Assembly: GCA_934747965.1 (NCBI GenBank)
Contig: CAKVHI010000003.1
Span: 14,850 to 38,849 of the forward strand
DNA: 24,000 bases
Direction of reading: 5' to 3'
Source of the DNA: an uncultured Clostridia bacterium
GTDB lineage: Bacteria > Bacillota > Clostridia > Christensenellales > UBA1242
How positions within the stretch are numbered: the first letter of the stretch is position 1; each line of letters opens with the position of its first letter. Position numbers and translations under genes: made by a program. This document shows positions 22,015 through 24,000 of this stretch, in pieces. Under the pieces are notes generated by a model. That model had not been told where the DNA came from. It did not search any database and saw only the letters and a program-made list of their open reading frames with translations.

Positions 22015-22351
22015 TATTAAGCCCTTTTAAAAGTTCATTTATGCGGTTTTCATTATTTATTCCTTCATCCAAAGAAAAAACAAGTTCTGGAGTTATCCTT
22101 AATTTAACATTTTTAGCAATTTCACGCCTTAAAAACGGAATGCTATTTTTTATTATATTAAAACTCATCTCTTTTTTGTCATCAGGGAAAATGCTTAATT
22201 TTATTTTTGCATGGCTTAAATCTGGTGAAGTATCAACATCAAGAACAGACACAAAAACTCCTTGCAATCTTGGATCAGAAAGTTTAAAAGATATAAGTTT
22301 TGATAATTCTTTTTGAATTTCACTGTTTATTTTTAAAATTCGATTTGACAT
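21998..22351 (-). CDS. rbfA: ribosome-binding factor A
   Basis: 117 aa. RILKINSEIQKELSKLI...DPRL..VFVSVLDVDTSPDLSHAKI...LRITPELVF is the typical RbfA KH-like pattern. An AGGTGGTG RBS is present. Confidence 0.9.
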   Translation of the reverse strand: MSNRILKINSEIQKELSKLISFKLSDPRLQGVFVSVLDVDTSPDLSHAKIKLSIFPDDKKEMSFNIIKNSIPFLRREIAKNVKLRITPELVFSLDEGINNENRINELLKGLNNDKRD

Positions 22352-22361
22352 AACACCACCT

Positions 22362-24000
22362 CTAAAAAACTACTCTTTCCAAATTATATGCACTAATTTT
22401 GTCGCCAACTTCAAATTTTTCAAAGCCCTCAAGCTTGATACCACATTCAAAAGTTACACCAACTTCTTTAACATCATCCTTTTTGATTTTCAAACTTTCA
22501 AGTTTATATGCTCCAATTTCTTCGCCATTACGAATAACCTTACACAATGCCCCTCTTTGAATTTTCCCATCAAGAACGATGCTTCCAGCAACAATGCCAA
22601 TTCCAGTAATTTTGTACACCATTCTAACTTCAGCAGAGCCTGTATAAATTTCGTTAAATTTAGGTGCAAACATACTCTTCATTTTATTTGTTAAATAGTC
22701 TATAACATCATAAATAATTTTTGAATAATAAACTTCGATTTTTTCTTTTTCGATAATATCTCTTGCCTTGTTATCTGTTTTTGTGTTGAAGCAAATAATA
22801 ACCGAATTTGTTGTTTTTGCAAGATTTGCATCAGTTTCATTAACATTACCAACAGAGCTTGAAATAACATTAACTTTAACTTCTTCACTTTGAATAGCCA
22901 AAACACTTTGTTTTAGTGCTTCACTAGAGCCCTGAACATCGGCTTTTATGATAACATTTAATTGCTTTTTCATATTGTCTTCGGCTTTATGGAACAAATC
23001 TTCTGCCGAAACGCCAGATGAATTAGAAATTCTTTCTCGTTTCAAATTTGTTTTTCTTTCTTCAATTAGTTGTTTAGACATTTTTTCATCAACAACATAG
23101 GCTTTATCCCCTGCTTGAGGCACTGCATCCAAACCTAAAACCGATATAGGCATACTTGGTCCAGCAGATTTAACATTTTTACCATTTTCATCAATCATTG
23201 CTCTTATTCTTCCAAGTGCAAGACCAACAACCATAGTATCTCCAACATGAAGCGTTCCGTTTTGAATAAGAATTGTTGCAACCGGACCTTTACCTTTGTC
23301 TAGTTTAGATTCAATAACAGAGCCTGTTGCTTTTTGAGTTGGATCGGCTTTTAAATCTAACACATCGGCTTGTAACAAAACCATCTCAAGCAATTTATCA
23401 ATATTTTGATTTTGCTTAGCACTTATTGGCACCATAATTGTATCTCCGCCCCATTCATCGCTCAAAACATCATGGTCAGCAAGTTGTTGTTTTACTTTTT
23501 CTATGTTTGCAGTTGGTTTATCAATTTTGTTAATTGCAACAACCATTGGAACATTTGCATTTTTTATGTGTTTAATTGCTTCCAAAGTTTGAGGCATCAA
23601 TCCGTCATCTGCCGCAACAACCAAAATAGCAACATCTGTAATATTTGCACCACGCTCACGCATTGCCGTGAAAGCAGCATGACCCGGAGTGTCAATAAAA
23701 GTTATCATTCTATTGTTAATCTTAACTGTATAGGCTCCGATATGTTGTGTTATACCGCCCGCTTCTCCGCTTATAACATTTGTTTTTCTTATTGCATCCA
23801 AAAGAGAGGTTTTGCCGTGGTCAACATGGCCCATAACCGTAACAACTGGTGCACGCCTAACCAAATTACCCTCAACGGTTTCTCCGACCATTTTGCTTAA
23901 TTTTTCCTCAAAAGTTTCAGGTTTTTTATATTCAAGACTAACTCCAAGTTCACTGCAAACAAGTTCAGCCGTGTCAAAATCAATAGAGCTGTTAATAGTG
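22362..24000 (-). CDS. infB: translation initiation factor IF-2 (5'-truncated by the window edge)
   Basis: G-domain motifs [19 protein letters not shown] and NKID are present, followed by the IF-2 C-terminal domains. My manual translation shows the frame stays open upstream of the ORF-track Met (23891) to position 24000 (..[35 protein letters not shown]..), so the gene continues beyond the window. Confidence 0.95.
   Translation of the reverse strand, partial: TINSSIDFDTAELVCSELGVSLEYKKPETFEEKLSKMVGETVEGNLVRRAPVVTVMGHVDHGKTSLLDAIRKTNVISGEAGGITQHIGAYTVKINNRMITFIDTPGHAAFTAMRERGANITDVAILVVAADDGLMPQTLEAIKHIKNANVPMVVAINKIDKPTANIEKVKQQLADHDVLSDEWGGDTIMVPISAKQNQNIDKLLEMVLLQADVLDLKADPTQKATGSVIESKLDKGKGPVATILIQNGTLHVGDTMVVGLALGRIRAMIDENGKNVKSAGPSMPISVLGLDAVPQAGDKAYVVDEKMSKQLIEERKTNLKRERISNSSGVSAEDLFHKAEDNMKKQLNVIIKADVQGSSEALKQSVLAIQSEEVKVNVISSSVGNVNETDANLAKTTNSVIICFNTKTDNKARDIIEKEKIEVYYSKIIYDVIDYLTNKMKSMFAPKFNEIYTGSAEVRMVYKITGIGIVAGSIVLDGKIQRGALCKVIRNGEEIGAYKLESLKIKKDDVKEVGVTFECGIKLEGFEKFEVGDKISAYNLERVVF

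Noticed and set aside
23406-23900. 164-aa plus-strand ORF antisense to infB
   Set aside because: It lies opposite the highly conserved IF-2 G domain. The product is Cys/Asn-rich nonsense with no RBS.

Overview
This is a chromosomal window from a very AT-rich, endospore-forming Firmicute. Gene order on the minus strand from about 24000 down to 8359 is infB(partial)-rbfA-nrnA-truB-nfo-like-efp-spoIIIAA..AH-asp23(yqhY-like)-nusB-xseA-xseB-[616-bp non-coding gap]-4-TM membrane protein-argR-trpS. This closely mirrors the Bacillus efp/spoIIIA/nusB/xseAB/ahrC neighbourhood. The most notable feature is the gap at 10914-11529. It has no credible ORF, is strongly GC-enriched relative to other spacers, has its own sigma-A-type promoter, and lies immediately upstream of a small polytopic membrane protein. 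That position and partner match those described for OLE (ornate, large, extremophilic) RNA and OapA in Bacillus halodurans, so I call it an OLE-class large structured RNA locus. The call rests on synteny and composition and is not confirmed by a covariance model. The plus-strand left part (1312-8296), bracketed by serS and trpS, looks accessory. It holds an orphan 313-aa protein translationally coupled to serS, a 516-bp AT-rich non-coding gap, and a YgjP/DUF45 metallopeptidase. Divergent from that gene is a 641-aa protein made of a PadR-type wHTH, a low-complexity linker of about 400 aa and 4 C-terminal TM helices. It is followed by an ABC ATPase and an ABC-2 permease with a very large external domain. 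A 12-mer (TACTATGCAAAA and its complement) recurs as palindromes at three places: 2344-2369, 3492-3514 (just upstream of the padR-like promoter), and 17264-17309 (a perfect 34-nt palindrome plus one extra tandem copy between spoIIIAB and spoIIIAC). Other points are EF-P with a non-canonical modification loop (CQPRLAA instead of KPGKG), paired ARG-box-like sites upstream of argR, and a trpS leader too short for a T-box. I found no CRISPR array, tRNA or rRNA gene, transposase or integrase.
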